Shown here in pieces: positions 12,863-27,550 of a stretch of 64,000 nt of DNA (positions are counted from its first letter, which is position 1; each line of letters starts with the position of its first letter). Source of the DNA: the human T2T-CHM13v2.0 reference genome, Homo sapiens. Position numbers and translations under genes: made by a program. The notes beneath the pieces are model-generated. The model had not been told where the DNA came from and searched no databases. It worked only from the letters and a program-made list of their open reading frames with translations. The DNA is taken from the NCBI RefSeq assembly GCF_009914755.1, contig NC_060929.1. One strand, 5' to 3'.

Positions 12863-13257
12863 TGTGGCAGACATGGAGGTATGCTAGCTACTCAGACCTC
12901 CTTTCAAAAGAGACTCACTCCTAGCTCTGAGGAACGTAGTGTGTCAAAAGCCATAAGGGTCTGCTCCCGTTTTCAAACTAAGGTTATGCTCTTCTTGGGG
13001 TGGCCCCCAGCCAATGACTGAGCAATAATGGTACAAGCCTGGCCATTTCTGAACAATGTGACTCCTCTGATAGGCAATCTTTGCTCCCAAATTCCCCTTT
13101 GGACTGACAGAAACTGTCATCAGGTCAGCATCACAGCCTAGTATCTCTTCCTGCCCTCTCCTGTATCTGTCCTTTTTCACAGTCTTACTCCCAATGAACC
13201 TCTGACACCTCCAACTTCGTCTCATCATCTACTTCCCAGACAACCCAACCCGCAACA
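12863..13257 (+). mobile_element. LTR16A-like ERVL solo LTR
   Basis: tg start; cccccagccaatgactgagc..ggccatttct..actcctct..ggcaatctttgctcc..ends aacccaacccgcaaca. Confidence 0.8.
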
Positions 13258-14179
13258 AGCCTCTACAGTCAGAGGGGAAATAGCTTCACATAGTATCACA
13301 GAAAGTGTGGACCCCAAGCGAGATGACCAAAGCAGGGCAGAGCCACAGAGTAAGCGGATGGCACCTCTCAGGTGAAACCTAACTGAACTCATTCATGAGT
13401 ACAAGGAAAATGCACCACCCCAATGGGGTTTTCAAGACTGAAGAAGAATTTTGCAGGCAGCTGGGAGACCTGAAATAGTGAGAATGAGAGATGAGTTAAT
13501 ACCCCTTTCTGCTTATATGATTCTATCAGTCCATTTGCAAATAGAATAGCCAGGCTGGGAGGGTGCAGGTAATTATACAATGCAATGTGACAGCTGCTCT
13601 ACTGGATGTATGAATTGGTTTCTTTTGAAACAGAAAAGGCTGGCTATTAAATGCCATTAAATTAATAGGAGACCCAGGGAGGGCCTCACAGAGGAGGTGC
13701 TGTTTGAGCTGGATCTGAAAGACTGAGTAGGAATTAGACAAACAGGCAATTCACTGAGAAAACTTGAAGGGGTGTAGATTGGTTCAAGATCCCAGATACA
13801 ATTACTGACTTATCACCATTATCTGAATCTTTCCCACGAGCAGATACACAACCCAGTGAAACGGCTACACATTTTCCTGACCCTCCCTAAGCACCAGGAA
13901 TATGCTTGTAGAAAAACTCAGGATGAGGGTTGGGGAACAGGTGGGGCAGGCTAAAACCAGCAAAGGGCAATTAAGCGGCTCTTCATGGAGATCAACCTAA
14001 GACCAGCTGGATGGCCTTATTGACATGTTTTCGGATTTTGCTATAGTAAAAAATACTCCAGGCTACAAATCTGAGGTGCTGTATCCTAGACCTTGGCCTA
14101 AGTCTGTCTTCCCACCTACAAAACAGACTTGATGATTCATGCCTCCCTTAATTCAACAGAGACTTTTCATTATGTTTCA

Positions 14180-16330
14180 TTTTATCCCTTTATCATTGAG
14201 AAGCTGACCCTGCCTATGAAATATTTGTAAGTAGGCATCATGTTTTATTAATTTCCTCAATCCCTAGCCTGGCACATACTACGTACTCATAAATATTTGA
14301 TTGATGGATAGCTTACATATAGCTTCCTGGCACAGCCTTTTGAATATCTTGGGAACTCAAAGATTCATTGCACATTAAATGAATATGAAAACACCTCTTT
14401 TTGCTTAGATGCCTGCCCTAAATATTTGTTGCTATATCTTAACTAGTAGACATTAAAAAAAAAACCTCTACCCCCATTTAGGATGTTAAACCAATAGCAC
14501 TGGGTATACAGAAATGTCAGGGGCTCGAGATACTTAATAGACTCCGTTGTGTTTGAATCTAAATATTAACACTGTGGCCTGAGAAGAGTTATCTAATTCT
14601 CTGAGGCTCAGTTTCCTCATCTATAGAATTTGAATAATGTTTTGTAGAATTTGATCAAATAAATATATGAAGGGCATTGCATAGCCTTTACTGATAGTCA
14701 GTTCTCAACACATGTTACCTTTCCTTTTCTACTGAAATCTCCATTCTCCTTCCACTGATATCTCAGGCTTTCCAACTTTTTCTCTCTAAAGGCTAAAAGA
14801 GGAAGTATGTGGTTATTCTTCTCTGTGATTCAGTTTCTGGTCTTGAGTGGTGCTCTGCTGGGTTATCTCTGCCACCTCAATCTTCAGCAGGGTGAAATGG
14901 AAAGAATGCTAGACTGGGAATCTACCTAGGTTCTAGTTCAGATTCTGGCACTGACTAGCTATACAGCCTGATATGGGCCATTCATTCACCAGCTATTGTT
15001 TGACACCCTGATACTATTCTCAGCACTTGGAAATATATTAGAGGCAAAAAGAAACAAAAACTCTTGCCTTTGTGAAACTTACAAATGTATTATTGGTAGA
15101 AAAAACTGACCAAAAACAATGAACATTATAAAGTAAATTATGTAGGATGTTAAGAGGTGATGAGTACTATAGAGCAAATAAAAGACACTCACTTGAGCAA
15201 GGTAAAGGGAAGAGAATGCTGGGGTCCAGCAGGTCAGGTTACAGCCTTATATATTCTCATTGAGGAAATGAAATCTGAGCCAAGACTTCAAAGAAGGGAG
15301 GGGCCGGCCAGTGGATATTTGGGTGAAGAGCATCAAAGCACATATCAAGACCCTGAAGGGATTTTTGTCTAAGAAATGTGAGGAGGCCAGTGTAGCTAGC
15401 TTGCAGTGAGCAAAGAGATAAGAAGGGGGTAAAGAGGGCCCATGAGTATTGCAAACCCTTAAGAGTTTTGGCTTAATCTGAGTGCAACGGTTTCACCTTC
15501 AATTCTATATATGTAGAAAAGGAACTTAGACTGGATTCTTCCTAAGATCTCTTCGTTTTTAAATTCAAGAATGTTCTTATCATTTTGTCTGTGATAGCTG
15601 GCATGGGCTGATCATGGGAAACTGAACAATCATGTATAAACTGTATTCTAACAGACTGGCACAGACAGGATTTATATGTGTCATTTTATCTCATGTCTAA
15701 AACTAAGAGAGATAGCAAAGGACCCAGTGGAACAGGGTTGTGACATTGTCTCTCGATTTCAGGAGGCCAATGGTCAAATACCACCCCTCCCACTTCAGCT
15801 GCAAATGTGCTTAATTTGCCTCACCTCCATTTCCTGCTCTGTGAAGTGGAGATAATTGTAGTTCCTATCTCATCGAGTTATTCCGAGAGTTCAATATGAT
15901 GACATGCCAAGTTCTTAACACATTATTGGACACATAGTAAATGCTCAATAAATTTTACTATTTTTTATTTTTTATCATAGATATCAACAAATGCTTATTG
16001 AATTGAATTTTCAAAGCCTCTATATTTGGGATTTGTCTGCTAATTTTACCTCTTGTATATCATCAAATACACATTTCTGAATGTCATTTTAACAAATGTT
16101 AATGTTTATTATGTGCAGGGCACAGGTGCATGGATGAGTAAGACAGAGTCCCTGTTTTACAGACGCATAAGTGGAAGAGATTCATAAAGTAATTCAAGGT
16201 AGACTATTACAACCGTTATAATAGAGGAACCACATATAATGAGAGAATGGAGGAGGAGGGATTAATTCTAACTGGGGTTATATAAGATGGTTTTCTGAGG
16301 TAGATGAGAGATTTGAGCAAGTTGGAAAGT
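14180..16330. mobile_element. Cluster of L2 and MIR fragments (MIR 14550-14720 +, L2 14980-15485 -, MIR 15740-15970 +, L2 16090-16330 -)
   Basis: ctcagtttcctcatctata; cattcattcacca; cacatagtaaatgctcaataaa; atgagtaagacagagtccctg. Confidence 0.65.
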
Positions 16331-17286
16331 ATGCCTCCGGTCCATCTGTGCACGAATGACACTAAATAGACTTTCTTCCCTTCCAGATGTCACTAGTAAA
16401 TTATGGACTCAGTGACTTATAAAATTGTTACAAGTTTGTAGACACCTTGACTCATACTATTTCTGGCAAAAGTGACTTAACAGAACTAATGCTGTGTCCT
16501 AATGGCCAGTGGTAAACTGTACTGAGGAGCTAATTTCAATTCACATTGCTGCCTGCCTGGGGAACAGCAGAGGAAAATTTAAAAAGAAAAAAAGAAGATG
16601 AAACATCTGTGATTGCACTCAACTCCATGGTCACATAGGGTATAATTATCCAAGAAAGTTATTTCCAAATGGATCTTTGCCCCCTCACTCTTTTCTTTCC
16701 GGATACACTAATTCAGCTGTTGGACAGCCTGAGGCAAATTGCTCTTCTTGGTAAGTAACTACACATTTCTATTCCTGCTGGGAAAATATGAGATGCTTGG
16801 GAAAGATTTCACAAAAAGCTATCACTTCACATGTACATTTTCCAGGAGTCAGTCCAAGGAGAGTTTGTAAATTTCTACGGCTAAAACACACTTCGCTAAT
16901 AGAACACACTGGGCATTCCCAAAGGAACAAATGAAACTTTTAAATATCTTTCTTTTGCCACTCCCCCTTGCCTTCTTCTTTCAAGTTCCATAGATAAATG
17001 GCCAAGGCAATACATTTCAAAACAGCTATAGACTTCTAGACTTTTAAATTATGCTGTTCTACTTAAGTAGTGGAAAGTCTCTCATGTCATCTGGTCAAAG
17101 GAATATCCTTCATAGCATAGCCTACTCTCAGATATTTGGCTGGACATGTAAAAAACAGCCCAGGATGTTTGATAATATGGATAATTACTATGAAAGGTGT
17201 GGTGTTGTGGTTACGTTTTATAAAAGTCCTTATGCCTTATAAATATATTTAAAAATACTTAAGCATAACTTAACATGGTGTCTAGA

Positions 17287-17639
17287 TGTATTAGTCTGTT
17301 CTCATGTTGCTATAAGGACATATGCAAGACTGGGTTATTTATAAAGAAAAAGAGGTTTAATGGACTCACAGTTCCACATGACTGAGGAGGCCTCACAATT
17401 ATGGCAGAAGGCAAAGGAAAAGAAAAGTCACATCTTACATGGCAGCAGGCAAGAGAAATTATGCAGGGGAACTGCCTTTTATAAAACCATCGGATCTCAT
17501 GATTCACTACCATGAGAACAGCATGGGAAAATACCACTCCCATGATTCAATTACCTCCCACTGGGTCCCTCCCATGACACATGAGGATTATGGGAACTAC
17601 AAGATGAGATTTGGGTGGGGACACAGCCAAACCATATCA
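17287..17639 (-). mobile_element. THE1C-like MaLR solo LTR, inserted in an old L1ME fragment (about 17190-17780)
   Basis: tgtattagtctgttctc..ggactcacagttccacatg..gggacacagccaaaccatatca; perfect 5-bp TSD ctaga at 17282-17286 and 17640-17644. Confidence 0.92.
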
Positions 17640-17829
17640 CTAGATTTTTTCCCAAATAATAGAAGAGAGAATGTTTGGAGGTAAGATGAAACAAGGTTCA
17701 CTCTGAGTAAATATTACAGGTGCACATGGTTTATTATACTATTTCCTGCTTTTATAAATGTTTTAAATTTCCCATGTATTCTTTATAAACAGAAAGGCTC
17801 AAGCCCAAACATATTACTGAACTTGAAGA

Positions 17830-18945
17830 AGGACCCAGTGATCTAGAATAATGGGAGGTTTTGGTTGGAGAGCAGTTCTTTAGTACTTAAAATATCAGAG
17901 TTGGAAGAAGGGCAGATATGGTAGGAGTGTGATGCTGAGCGGGAGGGAAGGTAAATTTTAATGGATAGGAAGAAGTAAAGAAACTGTGAGACCAAGATTT
18001 TCAATGGTTAAGCACTAACCAATGGAATTATTCATGTGGCTTTTGATGCATAACCCTGGCTCAACTATCCTGGTTTTAATTCTGTTACTCATTAGAGAAT
18101 AGACTGGGAACCAAGGATAGAAAAGAGTGAAATGGAAAGAAGTATAAAGATAGAAGCCATAAAAATAAACTTCTTGGACCAGATCCTGCCCCAAACAGCA
18201 TATTAATTCCTTGAATGATCCTATAGAAGGTGTTCTTATCACACTGAAGAATGCCAAGCAGAAAAGGATAAGGAATTCATAGAATGACAGGAGCAGCATC
18301 CTCATATCTTAATATGTTAGAGTTGTGAACTGAATATAGATTGATGAAATGAAACAAATAAATGTAAAGTCCTACACTGATGTCCAAATACCAATGGCAT
18401 AAATACAGGGTGGGAGATATGGAGCTTAGAAGTATCTCATGTGAATACACTAAGAGAGATTTAATAGGCAATAAATGTCAAATAAACAATGTAATGAGGC
18501 TGACAACAGAAAATTTAATTCTTTTAAATGTGCATTAGAAAAAATAGAATATTTACATTGAAAAGATGGTAGACCTATCTGTATTGGCCAGGCCTGCCTT
18601 GGAATGTCAGGTTTATTTGTGCCTGGGAGACAACAAAAACAGAGCATATGGAGAGGAGAGTCTCGAACAAAGAAGGGATCCAAAGCCCTGTTTTTGAGAA
18701 ATGACTAAGGATGTTCAGGTAACATGATTCACACAGACATCAGCACCCTCTTAGGGGCTGGGCCACAGAAGAGAAACAAGCATTGTCCAGTGCGATACAA
18801 AGTGGTGAAATTGGCCAAAATGTGAATATGTGATAGGGGATAAAATTATGGGTTAATAAGAAAAAACTCTAAAGAACAAATTTGTGTATAGATTGAAAAC
18901 CCACCATGTGGGTCACTGAATGTCTAAGGATGGGTTAGATATGGT
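17830..18945 (+). mobile_element. L3/CR1 LINE remnant (RT region)
   Basis: aaatgtaaagtcctacact..aaatacaggg..caatgt..gctg..tgcattaga..ggccaggcc..ttggaatgt, typical CR1 RT-region sequence. Confidence 0.6.
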
Positions 18946-19039
18946 CCTGTTCAGTAAAATAACCATGTGTGGCTAATGAGCACTTGAAATGTGGCTAGTC
19001 CAAATTTAGATCTACTGTAAGTGCAAAATACATACCAGG

Positions 19040-19417
19040 TGCTATGGTTTCAATGTCGTTTAAAGTTCATGCTAGAATGTGTTGGAAACTTGATTTTCAA
19101 TGCTGTGATGTTAGGAAGTGAGGGCCAATGGGAGGTATTTGGGTTATGGGGATACCACCCTTATAAATGGATGCCTGCCATTCATGCTGGAGTGAGTTCC
19201 TTATCAAAGGACAAGTTTGGCCCCCTCTTGCCTTCTCTTGCCCTCTCTTGGCCCTCCCACTATAAGATAACATAGCAAGAAGGCTCTTGCCATATGCTGG
19301 CTCCTTGATCTTGGATTTCCCAGCCTCCAGAATTGTGAACCAATAAATGTTGGTTCATCATAAATTACCCAGTCTCAGGTAAACTATTGTTAAAACAGCA
19401 CAAAATGGAATAAGACA
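19040..19417 (+). mobile_element. MSTD/MSTC-like MaLR solo LTR
   Basis: tgctatggttt start; gcaagaaggctc..ccttgatcttggatttcccagcctccagaa..taaattacccagtctcaggt..ends aaatggaataagaca. Confidence 0.85.
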
Positions 19418-19511
19418 GCAGATTTTGAAGACTTAGCATGAAAAAAATGTAAAATATCTAATTAATCTCATTAATAATTTATATTGACAATATTTTAGAT
19501 ATATTGGGCTA

Positions 19512-19870
<359 letters not shown>

Positions 19871-20069
19871 ACTAAAATTAATTTTACCTGCTATTTATAC
19901 TTTTATAAAGGTGGCTACTGAAAAATTTTAAATTACCTATGTGGCTTACATTTGTGGATTGTTCTATTTAACAACACTGTCCAATCCTCAATCCAGTTGG
20001 GAGGGAAGATTAAGATTGAGCTACACTTCCAATGACCCTAAGATTTTATAACTTAGGAGAAGTCTCTCT

Positions 20070-21372
20070 ATAGGTCTAAGACTCAAGGACATGGTTCTCA
20101 ACCAAGGTCTGTTCTAACCAGCTGTGTGAACTTAGGCAAATGACTTAACCACTCTGAATCTCAAATTCCTATCTGAAAATGATAAGGTTGGACAATCTGT
20201 GAGCCATTTCCTATTGCTCAGATTTTGAGTTTCTATAAAAGACCTTTGCCCAGACTAGACCTAAAGGCCATGTTCTATCCTGGGACATAATAGGCAACCC
20301 CTATAATAAGGAGTAGTGCCTCCACCATTTGTGTAAACATCCCCTCAACAAATCACTTCATAATTTTCTTAATTTTCAAAGCCCACAGAGAGAATACAGG
20401 GCTCAAGATCAGACAAAACTCAAACAGGTTTGTGACCTCACCACATCCGTATCAGCTTATAATTATCATTATTTTCATTCCCCAAACAATATTCTAGCTA
20501 CTATTTATTGTGTGTTTACATCACACTAGGTGTTCTGGAGCATTTCCTCATTTAATCAACCCAGACATCTTTAAGATAGGTGCTTTTGCCATCCTTATAT
20601 AACCGAGAAGGTAACTAGGTTTAAACCCATTTGTGTAACCTCAGGTGTTTTATTCAGTCTGTCTAAGTTGCAGCAAGGTAGTATAATAATACCAATCATC
20701 ATAGTACACTCAATCATGGCACAAACTGTAGTGAGGATTAAGGGAAAAAAGCATTTGTGAAGTTCCACTAGAGTAGCAGATTTATAATAAGCCGAATGCT
20801 TACTGCAATCCTTTGCCTGCTAAACTCTTCCATTATAAAGCCTACATATCCTTTAACTCTAGCTCCAGTAACATCCTTTCCACAGAGCCTCACCATTTCT
20901 CCACAACCAGAATAAGGTCTAGCCTTTCTGAACTAACAGGGCCCTTATTTGATCATTTTTTTTCATCCTCATCATTTCCAACCTTACTCTGAAGTCACAG
21001 GCATGAATATCTTATCCACTATATTAAACTATAAAGCTAATGAATGAAAACTCTGTATCACAGTACATTCAGCCTACTATGTGGCACAGAGTAGATTGTT
21101 AATAAACATCAATTGGGTTAATAATAACAACCATTTATTGAAAATTTATTGGTGCCAGTTACTGCACAAAGTTTAAGCTCTTTACAAATATATCTAATTT
21201 ATTCCTCACAACTTGAAAAGTAGATATCAATTTTACACATTTTACTGATGAGAACACAAAGTCTTAAGGGGGTTAAGCAACTGCCCAAGATCACACCAAT
21301 CTTAAACGACAAAGCCAGGATTTGAATTTTGGGTGGCTGGCTGGATCCAAAGCTCATAATCTTAACCATTAC
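20070..21372. mobile_element. Cluster of MIR and L2 fragments (clear MIR 21120-21372 -)
   Basis: agctgtgtgaacttaggcaaatgacttaacc; aaccatttattga..ggttaagcaactgcccaagatcacac..gccaggatttgaa. Confidence 0.7.
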
Positions 21373-21399
21373 AAAGGAAGTATGAATGGACAGATATAC

Positions 21400-21453
21400 A
21401 GATGGATGGATGGATGGATGGATGGATGGATGGATGGATGGATGGATGGATGG
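21400..21453. repeat. (GGAT)n tetranucleotide STR
   Basis: About 12 consecutive gatg units. Confidence 0.97.
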
Positions 21454-22799
21454 CTGATAGACAGAAGCACAACAACTGCAACCTTTGAATACATTCTCAA
21501 GATCGCCTTTCAATCTGAGCTTTCCCTTTTGGATATTAAACCCCGTGACTCCGTGACTCCAAACCCTTCATCCTAGCATGCGACTGGGGAGTTCAGCAAA
21601 GAGGGAAAAGAAGCACATTTCACCATTTTAAAGATTCATAATGAGCTAAAAGGCCAAGTCAAAATCAATTTATTATTCACCAAAGTCTCAGGTCCCTGCC
21701 TGTTTTGTTCTCCTGAATAAAACATACCTTCTCAAGTGTACAAGCTGCCAGCAACTGGGAAGAAAAAAGGGAGTGAGTAATACATATTTACATAATTAGG
21801 CAGAGAAAAAACATTCAAGCAGGTTTCTTTTTTAACGTTTATGTTTATCTGAGTCTCTAGCTCAGGAAAATGTTTACCTAGTGTAGAAAGCATGTGTATT
21901 TTTCACCTGATAGCAGGATTTTTATGATCAGAGATTTCTTTTTTCATTTGGAGATAGAAACCCAGAATTCAGCAACTGCCCACAGTATCTTGAGCCCAGC
22001 AGAAAGAACTCTTAGCCCTCTGTAAACCTGTGGGTTTTTAGCTAGCCAACCACCAGCCCCAAGACAGAGCCATTCAGTGCACCTGCATCCCTCGCATAGG
22101 TTGGGAAAAAGCCTTGTGGCGTTGAAAGTGACAGTGATTGTAATTTATTACCTGCATTGATTCACAGTACGCAGTTCCTTGTACAAACAGGCAGACATTT
22201 TTCAATTGTGCAATGCAATAGATAAATTATCTTACATAGAAACTGTACTTTTAAAAATTAATTGAGGTCGGCATCGCAGATGTATGCATTATGCACATAC
22301 AAATAATCATCGTTGGGAAAAAAAGTCCTGGATGGGTTCTATTTAACTTTAAAACTGTATTTTATTAATGCATTTTCAGGGAAAGAGCTTAAATCAATGA
22401 CCCTACCCCCACTAAATCCAGAGCATTCAGGCAAAACAGAATCTAGGCTGCTTGTTACATTTCCCGCCCCCTCTCTGAAAGCAATGGCATTTCATTTTCC
22501 AACAGAGGCTTTTTTTTAATTCATAATATCATATTTTAATCCAATCAATGCACATTAGCTACAACTAATGTAAATGTCATTGCTATTCTTTCCTCAAACC
22601 ATTTTTTAAAATTTGCTAAAACTCAGTACAGCACAATCTTTCCACCTCAGATTAATAAATATTGGACAGCTTTTCTATATTTTTCTTCTCAGTGGAATAT
22701 TATTGAACAAAACTCTAGGACATTTTAGGCCAACAAATGAAACAGATTCTACTTGTATCCAAGTGAGTTCTTGGGAGTGTCAACCTTCTTCATCCTAGG

Positions 22800-23690
22800 C
22801 CCATTACTCTCCTTAAATATTGCTACTAGAGCCAAACAGATTTGGTCCCACGTGGTCCTCAATCTCCACATTTTCTCCCTTTGTTTATGTTGTTTCTTCC
22901 ACTCTGAATGTTCTTTCCCCATATCCACATTCTGCTTATACTTAAGGAATTAATCAAGTGCCTATTTTCCAGGAAGCCTTCCTTGATTTCACCCTTATCT
23001 TGTTCCAGTCAGATGGAATTCTTTTATTCTCTAAATGCTCAAAATGTTTTACACGCATTTCTCTTAGAGCTCTGGGAATAGTTCACCTTGAATTCTAGCT
23101 GTCTGTTTCCTAGTACTATCTCCACATGTAGATCTAAGCTCCTAAAATACAGAAAAAGTTCATGACATCTTTATATCCCCCATATTAGTTGTACAATGTC
23201 TGGCACAGAGATGCTAATAAATGTCTAGAGAAATGAAGAGAAAGGAAGAAGAAAAAAGAAGGGAAGCTATGAAGAATTCTGACAGAGAGAGAAAGAGGAA
23301 AGAAAGAGAAAGAGAGAGAAGGGAGGGAGTAGACTGAAGGATGAGGTAGAAAAGGCATAGTTGTGAAGAACAACAAAGCTGCAATGGTTACTCATTGAAT
23401 AGAGTTGAACATCTAATTCTACTTTTGCAGGGCAGTAGCTGGAAGAACCTGTTCACCTAACCTCAATTTTCTGCCTCCAAAATGTATCTAGGGCCAGTGG
23501 CTTTCAAAATTCAGTGTACAAAAAAATCATCTGAGGATTTTAGTAAAATATTGATTCTTTGCAACTAGATTTCCATCCCTGCATTACTCCAAGAGAATCT
23601 GATTTATCAGATTGATAATGGGACCAGGAAGAACTCTGTATTTCTAACAGGATCTCAGATGATTCCATGGTGAGTGTTGGGGATCATGTT
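22800..23690. mobile_element. L2 fragment (22800-23240 +), GA-rich tract, MIR and MER5-type fragment (23490-23690)
   Basis: ttccaggaagccttccttgat..tctggcacagag..aataaatgt; ccagtggctttcaaa..tctgtatttctaacagg. Confidence 0.6.
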
Positions 23691-25039
23691 TTTATGTGCA
23701 ATAGTGATGTAGAGATATTACCAGGCTGTGCTCTCCTGGATCTGCCTGTCTTCACTGGCTATCTCTGTTCACCACCCCAACCATATAATAAATCACCTGA
23801 TTCCACCTGCAGGACTTAGTTGAGCTATGCTGAGATTTGTTCCTGACCATTAAAACGCAGAAAATTTACCTAGATTCAAGTTTCCTGGCTTTTTGCTTTC
23901 TATGTTATTATTTTTATTAGTATTATTATTTCAGATTTTTTTTTGTCTTGCCTAGGGCCTTGGCCTCCTCTTCGATACCCATGTGTGTGGTCGATATTAT
24001 CCTGACTACTGGCTTCCTTAGATCAGCTAAAATATACTTCCTGCCCACTTTATCCCATGCCATCAGTTACATTCCAGATATTTGGACACAGAGAGACTTC
24101 TCTGGCCCCATTTCCTATTTGGTCCATGTTCATATTTAGCCTCATCTGTAGATGTCCATGCCCAAGTGCTGCTGGGTGAGTGGAAATCATAGCCTTCTTA
24201 CTCATGTACTGTCCAAAGTGCTAGCAAAGAATAATTGGTGATGGCATAACAGGCCTCTGAGCTCTTTATCAAGAGCCCAGGTTCAAATCGTCCTTCTGTG
24301 CATTTTTTTGCAGCTTTTATTTTATTGGATTTGAAAAAAACATTTGACATCAATGATCCATTTTTGAAACAGGCTGTTTTCTTTCCATCTTTGACATGAT
24401 TTGTTTTCTTCCACTTGTCTTACCAATCCTTCTCAGGCTTCTTCACAGCATATACCAGACCCAGTTTATGCACTATCCCAAGTTGTTTCAGACCATCAAC
24501 TGCTTGCTCTAATTCCTAGCTGAAGAGAATCCATTGAGGCTCACATCATTGCACCACTTACAAAATTCCAGCTGCTGATTCCATTGCTCCATCTCCCAAT
24601 ACCATCCCCTGTCTCAGCCTCTTCCAGAGCTTAGTGGCTGAGCTGTAGCAAGGCCTCCCTCAGGTTCACCATGAGGAGGGCATTAGAAGCCCCAGCAATT
24701 CTGTGCATTTTCCACAAGGTGATGATAAAACTTCTCTAAGCCTCAATTTTGTTAATTTTCTTACCTGTAAAATCAGGCTGATAATGCCTATACCTACATC
24801 CAGGAGTTTGTCAGGAAGGATTAAATAAGACAAGGAGTGCTAAGAGAAGAGCCCAGTGACTGGACATGTTGAGTCCTATACAAATGGTGGTGATAGTGAT
24901 TCATAATATAGTGTTGTTGCTGCTATCATCGTCATCATCATTATTATTGTCATCACCAGTTACATTTACTCCTTTTGTTCTATGAACACTGAGGTACATA
25001 CTATGCTTAGCTGCTTATTGGGTCCCAACCAGAATTTCT

Positions 25040-25461
25040 TTTGAAGAACCTGAAGAAAGACAAGTATGGTGTGAGGCCTGAAATTAATGTTCAACATTAT
25101 GGGCTGCCTTGACATCTGGTAAAATTGGGAAAGCCTCAAATGGCCTAACCACAAGTTCCCCTCCCATTCTCCTCCTAGCCATACAACCCTCCTCAATAAG
25201 AGGACTTCGCAACATTCCCACTTAGTGATTGGGGAGTGTCAGTTTCCTGATTGTTCACTTTGTTCTAATGCAACCCCTAGAGCAGTGGTCTAGAGTAACC
25301 GGGACTTTAAATCATAGAGTGTCCCCCTTCCCCAGGCTGAGAATATGTGTGGCTACTGTCAATCTTATCTCTCCAGTGTGAGGCATCCTGTTGGCCATCC
25401 CTATAACCATAGGGTGGGAATCATCCCCTCACCAATGGGGTGAAGAGGAGGTTGTTAACAA
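25040..25461 (+). mobile_element. ERVL-class LTR fragment (MER54/MER74-like)
   Basis: gtgaggcctgaaattaatgttcaacatt..gctgccttgacatctggtaaaatt..gcctcaaatggcctaaccacaagttcccctccc. Confidence 0.6.
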
Positions 25462-26217
25462 CTGTGATCACTGATTCTGCCATTCACAGTCTAAAGAAGA
25501 TGTTTGGGTAAATGGACCTTTAACTACATGTGGGATAAGTAATAAATTGAGAGGTAGAAAATGCTATGTGAGCAGAAACAGGGAAGCAGGAAACCCCAGG
25601 TGGAGGGGTGCAGGACAATAGACATTACAAGGTAGTTTTTGGTTCAACTGAAAAGCCTCACATAAAATCTCATAAACAGATAATTATTACATTAGCCTCA
25701 TGCTAAGATCCCCCCACACCGTTTTACCTAGGATTCTTCTAGTAGAGGAAGTCTGCTGATTCCATATTTGAGCCTATATTTTTCTGTGCTTGAGGCAGGG
25801 CTCTGTGGTCCAAAACTGCCCATGCCCACTATTGTTCTAGTTCTATCTTTATTGTCTACGGGTTCCTTTTAAGTTACCTTAGTTGTATACTATGTTGTTG
25901 AGTACATCTTTGCAGGTTAGTTTCATAAGAATCTGAATTAATGTTTTTTCTGTGAGCACTACAGAGAAGTAGCCTAAATAATAATGAAAGAAAAAATGGC
26001 TTGCATTTTTTAGTTGTGATATTAAGTTGTCCAGAGAATCCTCTGAGGATTTGGTTTTACTTCTTTGAGAGACTGATTTACAATAAATCTTGCAACTCAG
26101 ATATGCTCATTTTGCAATAGTCAACAAGAAGATTGTGGAAACCCATGTGGTACTTGAAATGCAGTGTCTCATAAGGCCTAAAACATCCTTCCCTCCTGTA
26201 CTATTGTACCCCGTAAG

Positions 26218-26219
<2 letters not shown>

Positions 26220-26250
<31 letters not shown>
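26220..26250. repeat. (TG)n microsatellite
   Basis: About 15 TG units. Confidence 0.97.
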
Positions 26251-26251
<1 letters not shown>

Positions 26252-26656
26252 TAGCAGAGAAAAGACTTCAGCAATTTCCAGAGATATGCTACTTCTGGGA
26301 GTGGGATTGAATTCCTTGACTTTCTGAACAGTTTAGCCAAATTAAAAAGTTTGTTTTAGGAAATAATGTGCTTTTTGAATTTGGCCTGCGAGGTACTCTT
26401 GCTTGTGTTTCAAGCAAGAGTTTCAAGCAAGTCAACAGTGGTTGGCTTCCTATTTTTTCCAGGGAAACTACACTGCCTGGGAGAATAAGCATGAATTTCC
26501 AATAAATTGGATGTTGAATTCAATGTCAGATTTAATAAAGCAGCTGAATTTTATCCATAAGTTTGCATTATGGAGAAATCTCAGTCTAGAAGAAATTATT
26601 TTTTTAAATCAATTACTCATTAAATCAAAAAGTGTTGAAATTTATAAGGAGGTTAA

Positions 26657-27084
<428 letters not shown>

Positions 27085-27550
27085 CATTTATGTTCATTTT
27101 TAAACATTGGTTTTATTATGTTTTCTAGGGAAGAGGGTAGAAAATGTTCATCAATGGTTTTCAAGGATTCAAAATGTTTAAGGGCTACTGATTTATATCA
27201 ACAGTTATTTTATATGTGAGCATATAGGTGAGGACAGCGTAGTCAAGTGATCATGTGGGATCGTTTGGCTAGAGAGAAGAGGAGCTGCTGGACACCAAGT
27301 CTTCCCATTCTGAGTCCCGCACTAGCATGCTGCTTCTAAGCTACCAACATTGATGGGATTTCTTCTCTGGCTACCTTTGATCTAGAGCCTATAACTAGGG
27401 TGTGAAAAAACAAAAAATCATAAAATGTGTTGCTCAAGAGTAAGAGATTTATATATTGAGTGTACTTACAACTTAATTACATCTTAGTATTACATCTTAA
27501 TAGCCAGAATGATATGATAGAGTACTCAGTTGAAAAATTTTGAATAGAAG

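Noticed and set aside
21199-21576. ORFs with PSIH/MDGW repeats
   Set aside because: Translation of the (GGAT)n microsatellite and MIR sequence.
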